Origin: Octopus sinensis
Taxonomy: Eukaryota
Length of the DNA stretch: 64,000 nucleotides
Reading direction: 5' to 3'
NCBI RefSeq assembly: GCF_006345805.1
Contig: NC_043025.1
Coordinates: 12,958,001-13,022,000 of the forward strand
Shown: piece after piece, positions 25,780-38,090 of the stretch
Layout: every line of letters starts with the position of its first letter
Position numbering within the stretch: position 1 is the first letter of the stretch
Translations under genes and position numbers: made by a program
Notes under the pieces: generated by a model
Told to the model about the DNA's origin: nothing
Seen by the model: only the letters and a program-made list of their open reading frames with translations
Database searches by the model: none

Positions 25780-26200
25780 TTTATTGAAATTCCCTACAAA
25801 TGTACCTCGGACTATGTAGATTCCGAGGAGATACGATAGGAAGTTTTGGCGAAAACAATTGGGGGTTGTTTTTGAGAACTGTTCCCCAAACGGGTGCGTT
25901 TCGGACGGAACAAGTCGTCCATGTTTGTTTCATTTTCTCCGTTTGTGCATCCGTAGATTTCTACCGAAGCAACAACAGGCAATAACGGCAAATGATTAAC
26001 CCTCACCAGGAAACTCGTTATGCTAAAAACTACAGCTAAAGGGTCTGGTACCCAGAAATATACTATTATGGCGACTTAGCTGTTGCACACGAATGTTTTT
26101 TTGGCACTGTCATGCTTATAGCTGTCAGAAGTGAAAGTCAACTTCGTGTATTTCCGTCAGGTTTATACCTTCGTTAATTTACGTACCACCACGCTGTTAG
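25780..26200. promoter_or_regulatory. CpG-enriched unique region, candidate promoter upstream of FKBP6
   Basis: Non-repetitive and CpG-richer than its flanks, ~3.2 kb 5' of the ATG exon, which itself begins at a splice acceptor and so implies an upstream exon. Confidence 0.3.
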
Positions 26201-26207
26201 GTTTAAT

Positions 26208-26691
26208 CTAGCAGTATCGCCGGCGTTGCTCGGGTTTGTAAGGGAAATAACTATATAAGCATTTTTAGAGAGTTATATCAAAAAAATGCATTAAAATGGA
26301 AAAAAATGATGGTAAATTTTTTGAAAAATCGTTGACTCATCGTAGACATTTTTAGAGAGTTACTTCCCTTATATAATGGCGAAAAAATGCATTAAAATGG
26401 AAAAAATGATGGTAAATTTTAAGAAAAAGTCGTAGACTCATCGTAGACATTTTTAGAGTTACTTCCCTTATATAATAGTGAAAAAATGCATTAAAATGGA
26501 AAAAAATGATGGTAAATTTTTTTTTAAATCGTAGACTCATCGTAGACGTGCGCTAATACCCAGAAGGGCTCGATATGAATCACGACTATAAGATACCCGG
26601 TTTTGGTTAAACTGCACCGCAAAATGTGGGATTACCTTAGGAATCTAAATCGTAGGAGACAGACACACAACTTCACTTTTATATATAAAGA
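26208..26691 (-). mobile_element. Non-autonomous Helitron-like element, family 1 (3 internal ~108-bp units)
   Basis: ctagcagtatcgccggcgttgctcggg ... cttttatatataaagat termini on the plus strand. Confidence 0.72.
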
Positions 26692-27184
26692 TACATTTCA
26701 TTCCATGTTCTGTTTGAACTTTATAAATAAATATATTCTTGCAGTGTGTGTATATGTGGCTATATGTCTGACTAATGTGTGTGTGTCTGTATTTATTGTA
26801 TGTGTGTATAAGTAGTTATCATCATCATCATCATTTAGCGTCCGCTTTCCATGCTAGCATGGATTGGACGGGTCAACTGGGGTGTGTGAAGCTGGAAGGC
26901 TTCGTCAGGCCCAGTCTGATCTGGCAGTGTTTCTACGGCTGGATGCCCTCCTAACGCCAACCACTCCGCGAGTGTAGTGGGTGTTTTTTACGTGCCACCT
27001 GCACAGGTGCCAGACAGAGCTGGCAAACGGCCACGAACGGATGATGCTTTTACGTGTCACCGGCACGGGGCCAGGCGATGCTGGCAACGGACACGAACGG
27101 ATGGTGCTTATCCATTATAGTAATATTTGTCTGTTGAAATCCGTTTTAAGGCGGTCAATAGTTTAATTAAAGATGTGTCTATAC

Positions 27185-27226
<42 letters not shown>

Positions 27227-27307
27227 ATACATTACACATGAAATGTATTTATTTATTTTACTTTACTTGGATCTTTTCCTTTTGAACGGCAGTTTTTAAC
27301 ATAATTC

Positions 27308-28010
27308 TAGTTAACTAAACACTTTAAAACTTCGTATACTCGTAGAATTTGTTTATAAAACATCTTTTTCTCTTGGCTTTATTGAGAAAATTCTATAGTT
27401 TGTAAGATATTTCGTCTGAAATTTCGAGCATTTCGGCAATTTTAACCAATCGCTGACCTCCATTTGGGGTGAAAAGATTCCGTGCTGTATGAATATGTCC
27501 CTCGTTTTAGAAACAGATTGGGTTTATTTACATTTGTGAAGAAAAAAAGATACCCTTCCCCACCCCCACCCCTGAAACAGATTGAAATGCAATAGATCGA
27601 TACTAGGGTTATAACTATGGGTGACAATTTCTTACGACACCGCTACAGAAAATGGGATTTTTTTCTAGCAGTGTCAAATGAAAATGTCACCCATAATTAT
27701 GGCCCTAGTATCGATCTATTGCATTTCAATCTATTTTAGGGTTAGGGTTGTGGTGGGATTAGGGTATCTTTTTTTCTTCGCAAATGTAAATAAACCCAAT
27801 CTGTTTCTTAAACGAGGAACATATTCATACAGCACGGAATCTTTTCACCCCAAATGGAGGTCAGCGATTGATTAAAATTGCCGAAATGCTTGAAATTAAA
27901 GTGGAAATATCTTACAAACTATAGAATTTTCTCAATAAAGCCGAGAAAAAAATGATGTTTTATAAACACATTCTACCAGGATACGAAGTTTTAAAGTGTT
28001 TAGTTAACTA
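27308..28010. mobile_element. Fold-back MITE with ~320-bp inverted arms
   Basis: 27308-27630 is the reverse complement of 27680-28010 (mirror ORFs 27442-27627 minus and 27678-27875 plus); related to 22860-23700. Confidence 0.75.
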
Positions 28011-28896
28011 AATTCTTTGTTATATTTAAAATAATTGAAAGAAACACAGAGCATCTCAACAGAAATACGGTAATGAAAGGGTTAAATCGGATAAATTGAG
28101 TGGAGTTTTGAGTTTAATGCTTGTCTCCATAAATTTCTTTTTGAAAAACAAAAAACGGCGTAGAGCAGAAAGAGATGTAAGCCGATATGAAATAAGTTGA
28201 GGTATGCCTACACACACACACACACACACGTGTATAGGCAATCAGTGAATATTAAGGTCAAGGTGCAGGTTTTACAGTTTGCTTAGGAATCAGTTCGTGT
28301 CTGGGCGTTTGTTCTTTTTCCTGCCTTGACATGTTTATTTATCCCTTAATAGACAAAACTGATCCTTTTTAACAAAAGGACATGTCACTCGAAGGGTACA
28401 AGAGGATCTGAAACAGCTGTGTGTATGTATGTGTATTTGTGTAATTATGTGTATAAATACGTCTACATATATATGTGTGTGTAATTAATATTCTCTCTTT
28501 TTACTCTTTTACTTGTTTCAGTCATTTGACTGTGACCATGCTGGAACACCGCCTTTAGTCGAGCAAATCGACCCCAGGACTTATTCTTTGTAAGCCTAGT
28601 ACTTATTCTATCGGTCTCTTTTGCCGAACCGCTAAGTTACGGGGAAGTAAACACACCAGCATCGGTTGTCAAGCAATGTTGTGGGGACAGGCATATATAC
28701 ACACACACATACATACATATATACATATATATGACAGGATTCTTTCAGTTTCCGTCTACCAAATCCAGTCACAAGGCTTTGGTCGGCCTGAGGCTATAGC
28801 AGAAGACACTTGCCCAAGGTGCCACACAGTGGGACTGAACCCGAAACCATGTGGTTGGGAAGTAAGCTACTTACCACACAGCCACTCCTACGCCTG

Positions 28897-28933
<37 letters not shown>

Positions 28934-29361
28934 TATATACGATGGGCTTCTTTCAGTTTCTGTCTACCAAATCCACTCACAAGGCTTTGGTCGGCCCGAG
29001 GCTATAGCAGAAGACACTTGCCCAAGGTGCCACGCAGTGGGACTGAACCCGGAACCATGTGGTTGGTTAGCAAGCTACTTACCACACAGCCACTCCTGCG
29101 CCTATATATATATGTACATATATACGATGGGCTTCTTTCAGTTTCCGTCTACTAAATCCACTCACAAGGCATTGGTCGGCCCGGGGCTATAGCAGAAGAC
29201 ACTTGCCCAAGGTGCCACGCAGTGGGACTGAACCCGGAACCATGTGGTTGGTGAGCAAGCTACTTACCACACAGCCAAGCAGTATTAATATGGAAAGGTA
29301 ATATTTATTCCCCATTTTAAGTGTGTTGTAATCTCTCTTTGGACAGGCCAGTGACAATAAG

Positions 29362-29434
29362 ATGGAGCTGAAGGATGCAATCAATTTATCGGATCTTCGA
29401 GAAAGCTCCGAGGCCATGTTTGAACTGAAGAAAG
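29362..29434 (+). CDS. FKBP6: FKBP6/Shutdown coding exon 1
   Basis: ATG at 29362 after an acceptor at 29346; MELKDAINLSDLRESSEAMFELKK|gtgaaa; phase matches exon 2. A further 5' coding extension cannot be excluded because the 15 nt between acceptor and ATG are open. Confidence 0.75.
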
Positions 29435-29639
29435 GTGAAATTCAAAATGGTAGGTCGTATATTTTGTCCTCTACCTGTCTGTCTCACCTGTACATTATTA
29501 CACGTGTCCTTTATCTCACCTGATCACGTGTCTGTCGGTAGTGTACACCACATTGCTGAAATACCTCTGTCTCCGTGTAGTATCTCGTATGTCTCACCTG
29601 CTGATGTACTTCTGTTGTCCGTCTCATTCATACGTGTAT

Positions 29640-30065
29640 ATGTGTGTGTATATTTGTATATATGTATATATATGCATGTATATGTGTGTATATTTGTATA
29701 TATGTATATATATGCATGTATATGTGTGTATATTTGTATATATGTATATATATGCATGTATATGTGTGTATATTTGTATATATGTATATATATGCATGTA
29801 TATGTGTGTATATTTGTATATATATGTATATATATGCATGTATATTTGTATATATGTATATATATGCATGTATATGTGTGTATATTGTATATATGTATAT
29901 ATATGCATGTATATGTGTGTATATTTGTATATATGTATATATATGCATGTATATGTGTGTATATTTGTATATATGTATATATATGCATGTATATTTGTAT
30001 ATATGTATATATATGCATGTATATGTGTGTATATTTGTATATATGTATATGTATATAGATATATG
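29640..30065. repeat. Compound TA/TG minisatellite (~36-bp unit); similar tracts at 17050-17620, 30780-30990 and 49530-50020
   Basis: tatatttgtatatatgtatatatatgcatgtatatgtgtg repeats. Confidence 0.85.
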
Positions 30066-31236
30066 CATAAGAGTAAAAGAGAGTAAAGAGTATATATTTC
30101 CATCTTTCCGCCATCGGCGGTGTCCTCTTCTTCTTCTTCTGCTGCTGCTGCTCAAACTTGAAAATCGCCATTACAAATTCCCAATTCAACTTCCTTTCTT
30201 CTTCAACTCAACTTCCAGTCGATACCCACAGCAAGTTTAAAGATTTATCTTATTATTTTTCCGTACATCGCACAACAGACATTCATTCGCTGTTACAACA
30301 TACATTTATACGTTGCCACTGTTAAATGTCTCAACTTGTACAATAACTTGATTTGTCTTTCCTATCTTTCTCTACGAAATTTAGCCTTTAAGGCTACCTT
30401 TAAGGCTAACTCAACTCTAGAATATCTGTATCTCTGGAGATATGCTGTGACTGCAAAGACCCGGGCTGCTTTCTGCAGCAATTCCACATGCCCCCTACCC
30501 ATTTAAAGTACCCCGGATCCCGTTGCCCCCGTGCCGCTGGCATGTTAAAAGCTCGAACCGATCGTGACCGATGCCGGACCCCCCGGCCCCTGTGCAGGTG
30601 GCATGTAAAAAGCACCCACTCCACTCACGGAGTGGTTGGCGTTAGGAAGGGCATCCAGCCGTAGAAACTCTGCCAGATCAGACTGGAGCCTGGAGTGGCC
30701 CCTGGCTTCCCAGACCCTGGTCGAACCGTCCAACCCGTGCTAGCGCGGAAAACGGACGTTAAACGATGATGATGATGATGATATGTGTGTGTGTATATTT
30801 GTATATATATATGTATATATATGTGAGTGGATGTGTATGTGCATGTACATATGTTTGTATATATGTGTATATTTGTGTGTATATGTATATACATGTGTGT
30901 ATATGTATATACGTGTGTATATATGTGTATATGTATATACGTGTGTATATACATGCGTATATGTATATGTGTGTATATGTATATACATATAAATGCTATA
31001 ATGGAGAAAGCTGCTTATTAATTAGGTATGTAACAATTACTAGTGACGGCGCATGGCTCAGTGGTTGGTGCGTCGAGCTTATGAACGTGAGGTTGTGAGT
31101 TTGATCCCGGACTGGGCTGTGTGTTGTGTTCTTAAGCAAGACACTTTATTTCATGTTGCTTCTGTTCATTCAGCTGTGATTGTGATTAGTAAGCAAGCTA
31201 CTTACCACACAGCCACTCCTGCGCCTATATATATTT

Positions 31237-31278
<42 letters not shown>

Positions 31279-31473
31279 TCTTTTACTTGTTTCAGTTATT
31301 TGACTGTGGCCATGCTGGAGTACCACCTTTAGTTGAGCAAATCAACCCCAGGACTTCATCTTTGTAACCCTAGTACTTATTCTATTGGTCCATTTTGCCA
31401 AACTGCTAATTTACGGGGGACGTAAAGACACCAGCACCGGTTGTCAAGCGATGTTGTGGGACACACACATATA

Positions 31474-31517
<44 letters not shown>

Positions 31518-31802
31518 ATATATACATACATACATATACATACATACATACATACACACACACATACATACATATATACGACGGGCTTCTTTCAGTTTCC
31601 TTCTACCAAATCCACCCACAAGGCTTTAGTCGGCCCGAGGCTATAGTAGAAGACAGTTACCCCATGTACTACACAGTGGGACTGAACCCAGAACCATATG
31701 GTTGGTAAACAAGCTATTTACCACACAACCACTCCTGCACCTTGTATATATATGTATATGGATGTTTTTCTACACAATCTGTTTATCTTTGTGTTTCTTC
31801 AG

Positions 31803-32018
31803 ATTCTGAGCTTCAAGACCTGGAAGGTGGTGACCGCTGGAATCACGAGGACTTCAAGAACTTGTACAACGATATAGCATTTGACAATGACATCATCACA
31901 ATGCCATACGCGGAGCAAGCCCTCAACATGACCGACATATCTGGAGATGGAGGTGTCCGCAAGATCAAGGTTAGGTCTGGACAAGGACCTCTCGTACCAT
32001 CCGATGCTGTCGTCCAAG
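31803..32018 (+). CDS. FKBP6: FKBP6 exon 2
   Basis: ag| ... |gtaagc; 216 bp; ...MPYAEQALNMTDISGDGGVRKIKVRSGQGPLVPSDAVVQ, resembling the FKBP6 region LDISGDRGVLK. Confidence 0.92.
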
Positions 32019-32529
32019 GTAAGCTTACCTCATCTCTTTCAGTTTGACAGGCACACACCTGCCCCTAAATATACTCTGTGCTACTAAGTCCGGATGCTGA
32101 CAGAATCGTTAGCATGGGCAAAATGGTTAGCGAGCTGGCAGAAACATTAGCACGTCTGGCGAATTGCGTTGCGGTATTTCGTCTGCCGTTACGTTGTGAG
32201 TTCAAATTCCGCCGTGGTCGACTTTGCCTTTCATCCTTTCGGGGTCGATAAATTAAGTACCAGTTACGCACTGGGGTCGATGTAATCGACTTAATACCTA
32301 TGTCTGTCCTTGTTTGTCCCCTCTATGGCTTTGTGCCAAAATTTGAAACCAATCTATGTACAAGTGTGGTTGCATGATGAGAAGTTTGCTTCTCAACCAT
32401 AGTTTTGGGTTCAGTCCCACTGCATGGAACTTTGGGCAAGCGTTTCCTGCTGTAGCCCCAGGGCAACCAAAGCCTTGTAGGCGGAAACTAAAAGAAGCCT
32501 CCCATATATATATATATATATATAGATGG

Positions 32530-33420
32530 CACCATCATGGATTCTTTTCATGTGGTACCAGCACGGGTGCTTACCATGTGGTACCATCATGGATGCTTTT
32601 TATGTGGTACCAGCACATGTGCTTTCCATGTGGTACCATTACGGATGGTTTTGATGTGGTACCAGCACAGGTGCTTTCCATGTGGTACCATCACGGATGC
32701 TTTTGATGTGGTACCAGCACAGGTGCTTTCCATGTGGTACCATCACGGATGCTTTTGATGTGGTACCAGCACAGGTGCTTTTCATGTGGTACCATCACGG
32801 ATGCTTTTGATGTGGTACCAGCACAGGTGCTTTCCATGTGGTACCATCATGGATGGTTTTGATGTGGTACCAGCACAGTGTGCTTTCCATGTGGTACCAT
32901 CACGGATGCTTTTGATGTGGTACCAGCACAGGTGCTTTCCATGTGGTACCATCACGGATGCTTTTGATGTGGTACCAGCACAGGTGCTTTTCATGTGGTA
33001 CCATCACGGATGCTTTTGATGTGGTACCAGCACAGGTGCTTTCCATGTGGTACCATCACGGATGCTTTTGATGTGGTACCAGCACAGGTGCTTTCCATGT
33101 GGTACCATCACGGATGCTTTTGATGTGGTACCAGCACAGGTGCTTTTCATGTGGTACCATCACGGATGCTTTTGATGTGGTACCAGCACAGGTGCTTTCC
33201 ATGTGGTACCATCACGGATGCTTTTGATGTGGTACCAGCACAGGTGCTTTTCATGTGGTACCATCACGGATGCTTTTGATGTGGTACCAGCACAGGTGCT
33301 TTTCATGTGGTACCAGCACAGGTGCTTTTCATGTGGTACCAGCACAGGTGCTTTTCATGTGGTACTAGACAGGGTGCTTTTTATGTAGTACCAACTGGTA
33401 CTTTTTACATGGTACCAGCA
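32530..33420. repeat. Minisatellite, ~45-46-bp dimeric unit (two GGTACC-containing ~23-bp halves)
   Basis: gtggtaccatcacggatgcttttgat + gtggtaccagcacaggtgctttccat, repeated ~18 times. Confidence 0.9.
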
Positions 33421-33600
33421 CATGTGCTTTTTATGTGACATGAGCATGACTGCTTTTTACATGGTGTCAGCTTGGTGCCCCTTTTATATGGCACCTTCAC
33501 AGATGCCTTGTACATGACTCTAGCACAATAACAAAATCATTAATCCTTAAGCAAGACATAACGCTTTAATTTGAACCCCTTTCCCCTCTTTCTTCCCCAG

Positions 33601-33690
33601 TGCATTACACGGGGTTCTTTGAATTTGCTGATGAGCCCTTCGATTCCAGCAGACTGAGGGGGGAAGTCTTCAAGTTCCGGCTAAGAAAAG
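33601..33690 (+). CDS. FKBP6: FKBP6 exon 3 (FKBP domain)
   Basis: ccccag| ... |gtgagt; (V)HYTGFFEFADEPFDSSRLRGEVFKFRLRK. Confidence 0.95.
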
Positions 33691-33859
33691 GTGAGTTAAT
33701 TCTTCATTGTTCTAACGTATGTTTGTATGATCCCTAAATGTTGTTATGTATTCTGGGCTGTTGTTGTTTAACCCCAGGCTATCCCTGATCCCGTGATCTT
33801 ATGATCAAAGTTCTTGCCTGCGTGGGTATTATTTATTGCAGCTGTTGCCATCAGAGTGC

Positions 33860-34138
33860 AACAGATAGCACCAGGTATTGCATTGCATCCTACAGTTTCA
33901 CTATCTCCTAGCACCAGGTATTGCATCCTACAGTTTCACTATCTCCTAGCACCAAGTATTGCATCCTACAGTTTCACTAACTCCTAGCACCAGGTATTGC
34001 GTCCTACAGTTTCACTAACTCCTAGCACCAGGTATTGCATCCTACAGTTTCACTAACTCCTAGCACCAGGTATTGCGTCCTACAGTTTCACTAACTCCTA
34101 GCACCAGGTATTGCGTCCTACAGTTTCACTAATTCCTA
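33860..34138. repeat. 37-bp tandem repeat, ~7 units
   Basis: ctagcaccaggtattgc(a/g)tcctacagtttcacta(a/t)ctc. Confidence 0.9.
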
Positions 34139-34457
34139 ATCCTGCTTCAGTGTTTTATCAACCCCTGAAAAGACAAAGTGTGATGCCAAACCTCCCCAAG
34201 AATTATGTTAAGGGTATGCGTGTCTGTGGAGTACTCAGCCACTTGTATGTTAATTTAATGAACAGGAAGAGGATGTGACAAGAACGACCCTTTTGGGGTG
34301 GGGGGTCCTAGGCAGCATGTAAATATCCAATATAGAGAGCCAGAATAAACCTAAGTTTAAAATGTTGACACAAGGCCAGCAATTTCAGTGCCGGGTGGGG
34401 GAGTTGATTACTTCAACACCCCCCAGTACCCGAAGGGACAAGTTGACCTTGGAATAA

Positions 34458-35266
34458 TCTATATCTATAAAGCTGAAGTTGTCTCTGTGTGTGTATGTGG
34501 CAGGTTTGGTAGCCTTCATCTGACACTATCTCCTCCGAGACCCTGCGGCGCAAGTTGACCAAATTGAGAGTATGATAGAAGAAGGCTTGCTCTTCCTTCC
34601 GTAGAAGATAAAATTCAAATCAGACTATGTTAACACCAAAAATTATTTACATCAAAAAGGTGCTTTTTTTCTATGAAAATCCCTCTTTTTTACGATTTTT
34701 TGACTGCTGTGTTGCCATTTTTCAGTATATTTTAACCAGAAAAATGTTCACACAACCCTTTCGTTACCAACCCGGCCAAAGCTGGCTCTGGCTCTGTAGT
34801 ACAAATGTCTTGTTTCCATAAGTTTTGAATTAAAATCTTCCACCAAACCTTAGTCGCAATTTATGTTCCTAACACTTGTTTAATGGTGAACTAAGTTATT
34901 TTACTAAATTCTTTGTTATATTTAAAATTAATTGAAAGGAACACAGAGCATCTCAACAGAAATATAGTAACGAAACGGTTAAAAAGAATAACAAGCTACA
35001 TACTGCAAAATTTTTACTTAGAATTCCAATTCTAAAGGGCCAAAAAGAATTTTTTTTCTCCATTCTGTTAATAGAAAGAATATTGACCAACAATTGAAGT
35101 CGGCATTACACATTTGCAGCACATTCAGAGTAAACTCGACCATTGCCACTCTTATACTGTTATCCATAGCTAGAAACTATGTCAAAACTTTGTTAACGCG
35201 ACATCAAAGTCTGCCGTTTTAAGCACAACTAAAAGACAAACCCGGGCAACGCTGGGCAATACTGCT
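34458..35266 (+). mobile_element. Helitron-like family 2 copy with a nested MITE (~34755-34980)
   Basis: 5' A|TCTATATCTATAAAG, 3' hairpin cccgggcaacgctgggc; the nested element has aaccctttcgttac / gtaacgaaacggtt ends. Confidence 0.65.
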
Positions 35267-35299
35267 TCAATCATTCCAACGATACTCTCTTCGTTACAG

Positions 35300-35431
35300 A
35301 TATGGTAATCCCAGGCTGGGTGATAGCTGTGACCACCATGCAGGTTGGAGAGCTGTCGCGGTTTCTAATCAGCCCCGAGTATGGATTTGGTGACTTTGGG
35401 TGTCCACCGAGGATCCCCCAGTCCATCACAG
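35300..35431 (+). CDS. FKBP6: FKBP6 exon 4 (FKBP domain)
   Basis: ttacag| ... |gtcagt; (D)MVIPGWVIAVTTMQVGELSRFLISPEYGFGDFGCPPRIPQSIT. Confidence 0.95.
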
Positions 35432-35574
35432 GTCAGTATTTTCCATTTATTGAATTGAATTTTACCATTTTGGTGCAATCAATCATGTGATAGATTATTG
35501 ATTTTCATTGAGTCAATCACTGGTCGATGGCAGTTGTCGACGATGCATGACTACTAGTTAGGGTGTGGGTTCCT

Positions 35575-36000
35575 CCTGGGCCGGGTGATGTATTGGGTCC
35601 CTAAGCCAGGCATATCCTTTCCTCTGGTGCTCCAGTTGGAAATGTGTTCCACTGTGGCTCTACAACAACGTCCAGCAAACTGGACTCTCCCACCTTTCAC
35701 AAGAGATGACACAGGTGGTAGTTTCCCATATATTTGTACTTTGGTTGGATGACACTTCCACAAGAGAACCCTAATCATCATCATCATCATCATCATTGTT
35801 CAACCGTGGTCGAGACAATGGAATTTACCATGCTATGCCAGACTTCACAGTCCATCATGGCATTACGGAGGTCCTGTTGCTGGATGCCTGTATCCCTGGA
35901 GATTACATCAGGGTAGGAGAGTGTGCGCCCTCTGGTATTGCGAGCATATGGCTTCCAGAGGAGAAGAGTAGAAATTACTTCGTTTTCAGCTCCACAAGGT
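35575..36000 (-). mobile_element. RTE-like LINE 3' terminus, rearranged second copy
   Basis: Near-identical to 13138-13430, in permuted order. Confidence 0.65.
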
Positions 36001-36473
36001 CATTACCAGTGTTGTTGGACTGACTCCTGTGCAGGTGGCACGTAAAAAGCACCATTTGAGCGTGGCTGTTGCCAGTACCGCCTGACAGGCCCTCGTGCTA
36101 GTGGCACGTAAAAGCACTCACTACTCTCTTGGAGTGGTTGGCATTAGGAAGGGCATCCAGCTGTAGAAACTCTGCCAGATCAAGATTGGAGCCTGGTGCA
36201 GCTATCTGGTTCGCCAGCCCTCAGTCAAATCCTCCAACCCATGCCAGCATGGAAAGCAGACGTTAAATGATGATATATATGTATATATTTGTGTGTTTGC
36301 ATGTTTCACGATTAATTCAAAAGAATGTGAATAAATGAAACCTTCAGTTTGACAAAGAAATCTGGGAGGGTTTTAACCACCACACATCCAAGGTTGACTG
36401 CTATTTCTAGCATTTCCCTTCTACCTCCACAGGACCTCAAATATTCCTGTCTTTCTTTCTTTCTCTCTTTCAG

Positions 36474-36544
36474 CTCTCTTTGAGATTGAACTCTTGTCCT
36501 TTGTCGAAGACGCTGGCATTGAAGATTATTTTCAAATGACGGAA
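36474..36544 (+). CDS. FKBP6: FKBP6 exon 5
   Basis: tttcag| ... |gtaaat; (A)LFEIELLSFVEDAGIEDYFQMTE. Confidence 0.92.
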
Positions 36545-36639
36545 GTAAATATCTCTTCTCTTCATTTCACTTCTCCCCTTCACTTCTCTCTGTTTCTCCT
36601 CTTCATTTCCTCTTCGCTTCTTCTCTTTGTTTCTCCTCT

Positions 36640-37125
36640 TCATTTCCTCTTCGTTTCATTTCCTCTTCTCTTCGTCTCTCCTTTTCGTCTCTCCTCTTCG
36701 TCTCTCCTCTGTCTCTCCTCTTCGTCTCTCCTCTTCGTCTCTCCTCTTCGTCTCTCCTCTTTGTCTCTCCTCTTCGTCTCTCCTCTGTCTCTCCTCTTCG
36801 TCTCTTCTCCTCGTCTCTTCTCTTCGTCTCTCCTCTTCGTCTCTTCTCTTCGTCTCTTTTCGTCTCTCCTCTTCGTCTCTCCTCTTCGTCTCTCCTCTTC
36901 GTCTCTCCTCTTCGTCTCTCCTCTTCGTCTCTCCTCTTCGTCTCTCCTCTTCGTCTCTCCTCTTCGTCTCTTCTCTTCGTCTCTTCTCTTCGTCTCTCCT
37001 CTTCGTCTCTTCTCTTCGTCTCTCCTCTTTGTCTCTCCTCTTCGTCTCTCCTCTTCTTTCCTCTTCTTCTCTCCTCTTCTTTCCTCTTCTTCTCTCCTCT
37101 TCGTCTCTCTCCTTCGTCTCTCCTC
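36640..37125. repeat. Pyrimidine-rich 13-bp repeat (ctcctcttcgtct)n
   Basis: Directly visible; fills FKBP6 intron 5. Confidence 0.9.
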
Positions 37126-37219
37126 TTATTTTCCTATTCATTCCACAATTTCTTTCATTTCTTTCCATCCTTTGTTTCTATCTAGTTTTTCATTCACTTT
37201 TTGGTTTCCCATTTTCCAG

Positions 37220-37279
37220 GAAGAGAAAAGTCAGATTCCATTTGACCAAATCCTAAAGATTGCCAACATGGAGAAATCG
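37220..37279 (+). CDS. FKBP6: FKBP6 exon 6
   Basis: ttccag| ... |gtaaat; 60 bp, phase 0; EEKSQIPFDQILKIANMEKS. Confidence 0.88.
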
Positions 37280-37619
37280 GTAAATAGACCTCTTTTGTTC
37301 TACACCCATTTCTACTCGCTTACATACATGTATATATTGTCTGTCACTGACTTGTTTCAATCATTGGATTGCGGCCATACTGGGACACCATCTTGAAGAA
37401 TTTTTCTTTGAATGACTCAACCTCTGTACTAATTCTTCTTCTAAGCCTGGTCCTTATTCTACCAGTCCCTTTTGCCAAACTGCTAAACCCACCAAAACTG
37501 ATTGTCAAGCGGTAGTGGAGGGGTCAAACATAGACACACAGACACAACAGGTCGCCAAGTAACTTGCTGAAGATCTCTCTACTGGGATGAGTAGTATTGA
37601 TGGACAGAAAAGTGTCTTG

Positions 37620-37706
<87 letters not shown>

Positions 37707-37710
<4 letters not shown>

Positions 37711-38090
37711 GCTGTGTGGTAAGTAGCTTGCTAACCAACCACATGGTTCCGGGTTCAGTCCCACTGCGTGGCACCTTGGGCAAGTGTCTTCTGCTATAGC
37801 CCCGGGCCGACCAATGCCTTGTGAGTGGATTTGGTAGACGGAAACTGAAAGAAGCCTGTCGTATATATGTTTATATATATATGTATATATATGTGTGTGT
37901 GTTTGTCCCCCTAGCATTGCTTGACAACCAATGCTGGTGTGTTTACGTCCCCGTCACTTAGCGGTTCGGCAAAAGAGACCGATAGAATAAGTACTGGGCT
38001 TATAAAGGATAAGTCCCGGGGTCGATTTGTTCGACTAAAGGCGGTGCTCCAGCATGGCCGCAGTCAAATGACTGAAACAAGTAAAAGAGA
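37707..38090 (+). mobile_element. Abundant tRNA-headed SINE with an internal (TA/CA)n (family A), full copy
   Basis: gtggctgtgtggtaagtagcttgc..gggttcagtccc..aaacaagtaaaagag. Further copies at 12105-12540, 20090-20477, 28500-29278, 31275-31742, 43255-43745 and 45775-46615 (all minus), plus fragments. Confidence 0.8.

Noticed and set aside
27736-27749. TTAGGG telomere-like repeat
   Set aside because: Only two units, inside a MITE arm.
28359-28421. CTGAT-CCTTTT...AAGAGGATCT-GAAACAGCTGT-G
   Set aside because: Probably a family relic, but the core is deleted and position 17 is G, so it was not called a ribozyme.
32530-33420. CRISPR-like regular repeat pattern
   Set aside because: There are no unique spacers and no cas genes; it is a eukaryotic minisatellite.
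36494-37396. 300-aa and 209-aa hydrophobic/Ser-rich ORFs and a 170-aa E/R-rich ORF
   Set aside because: Read-through of FKBP6 exon 5 into the 13-bp intronic repeat.
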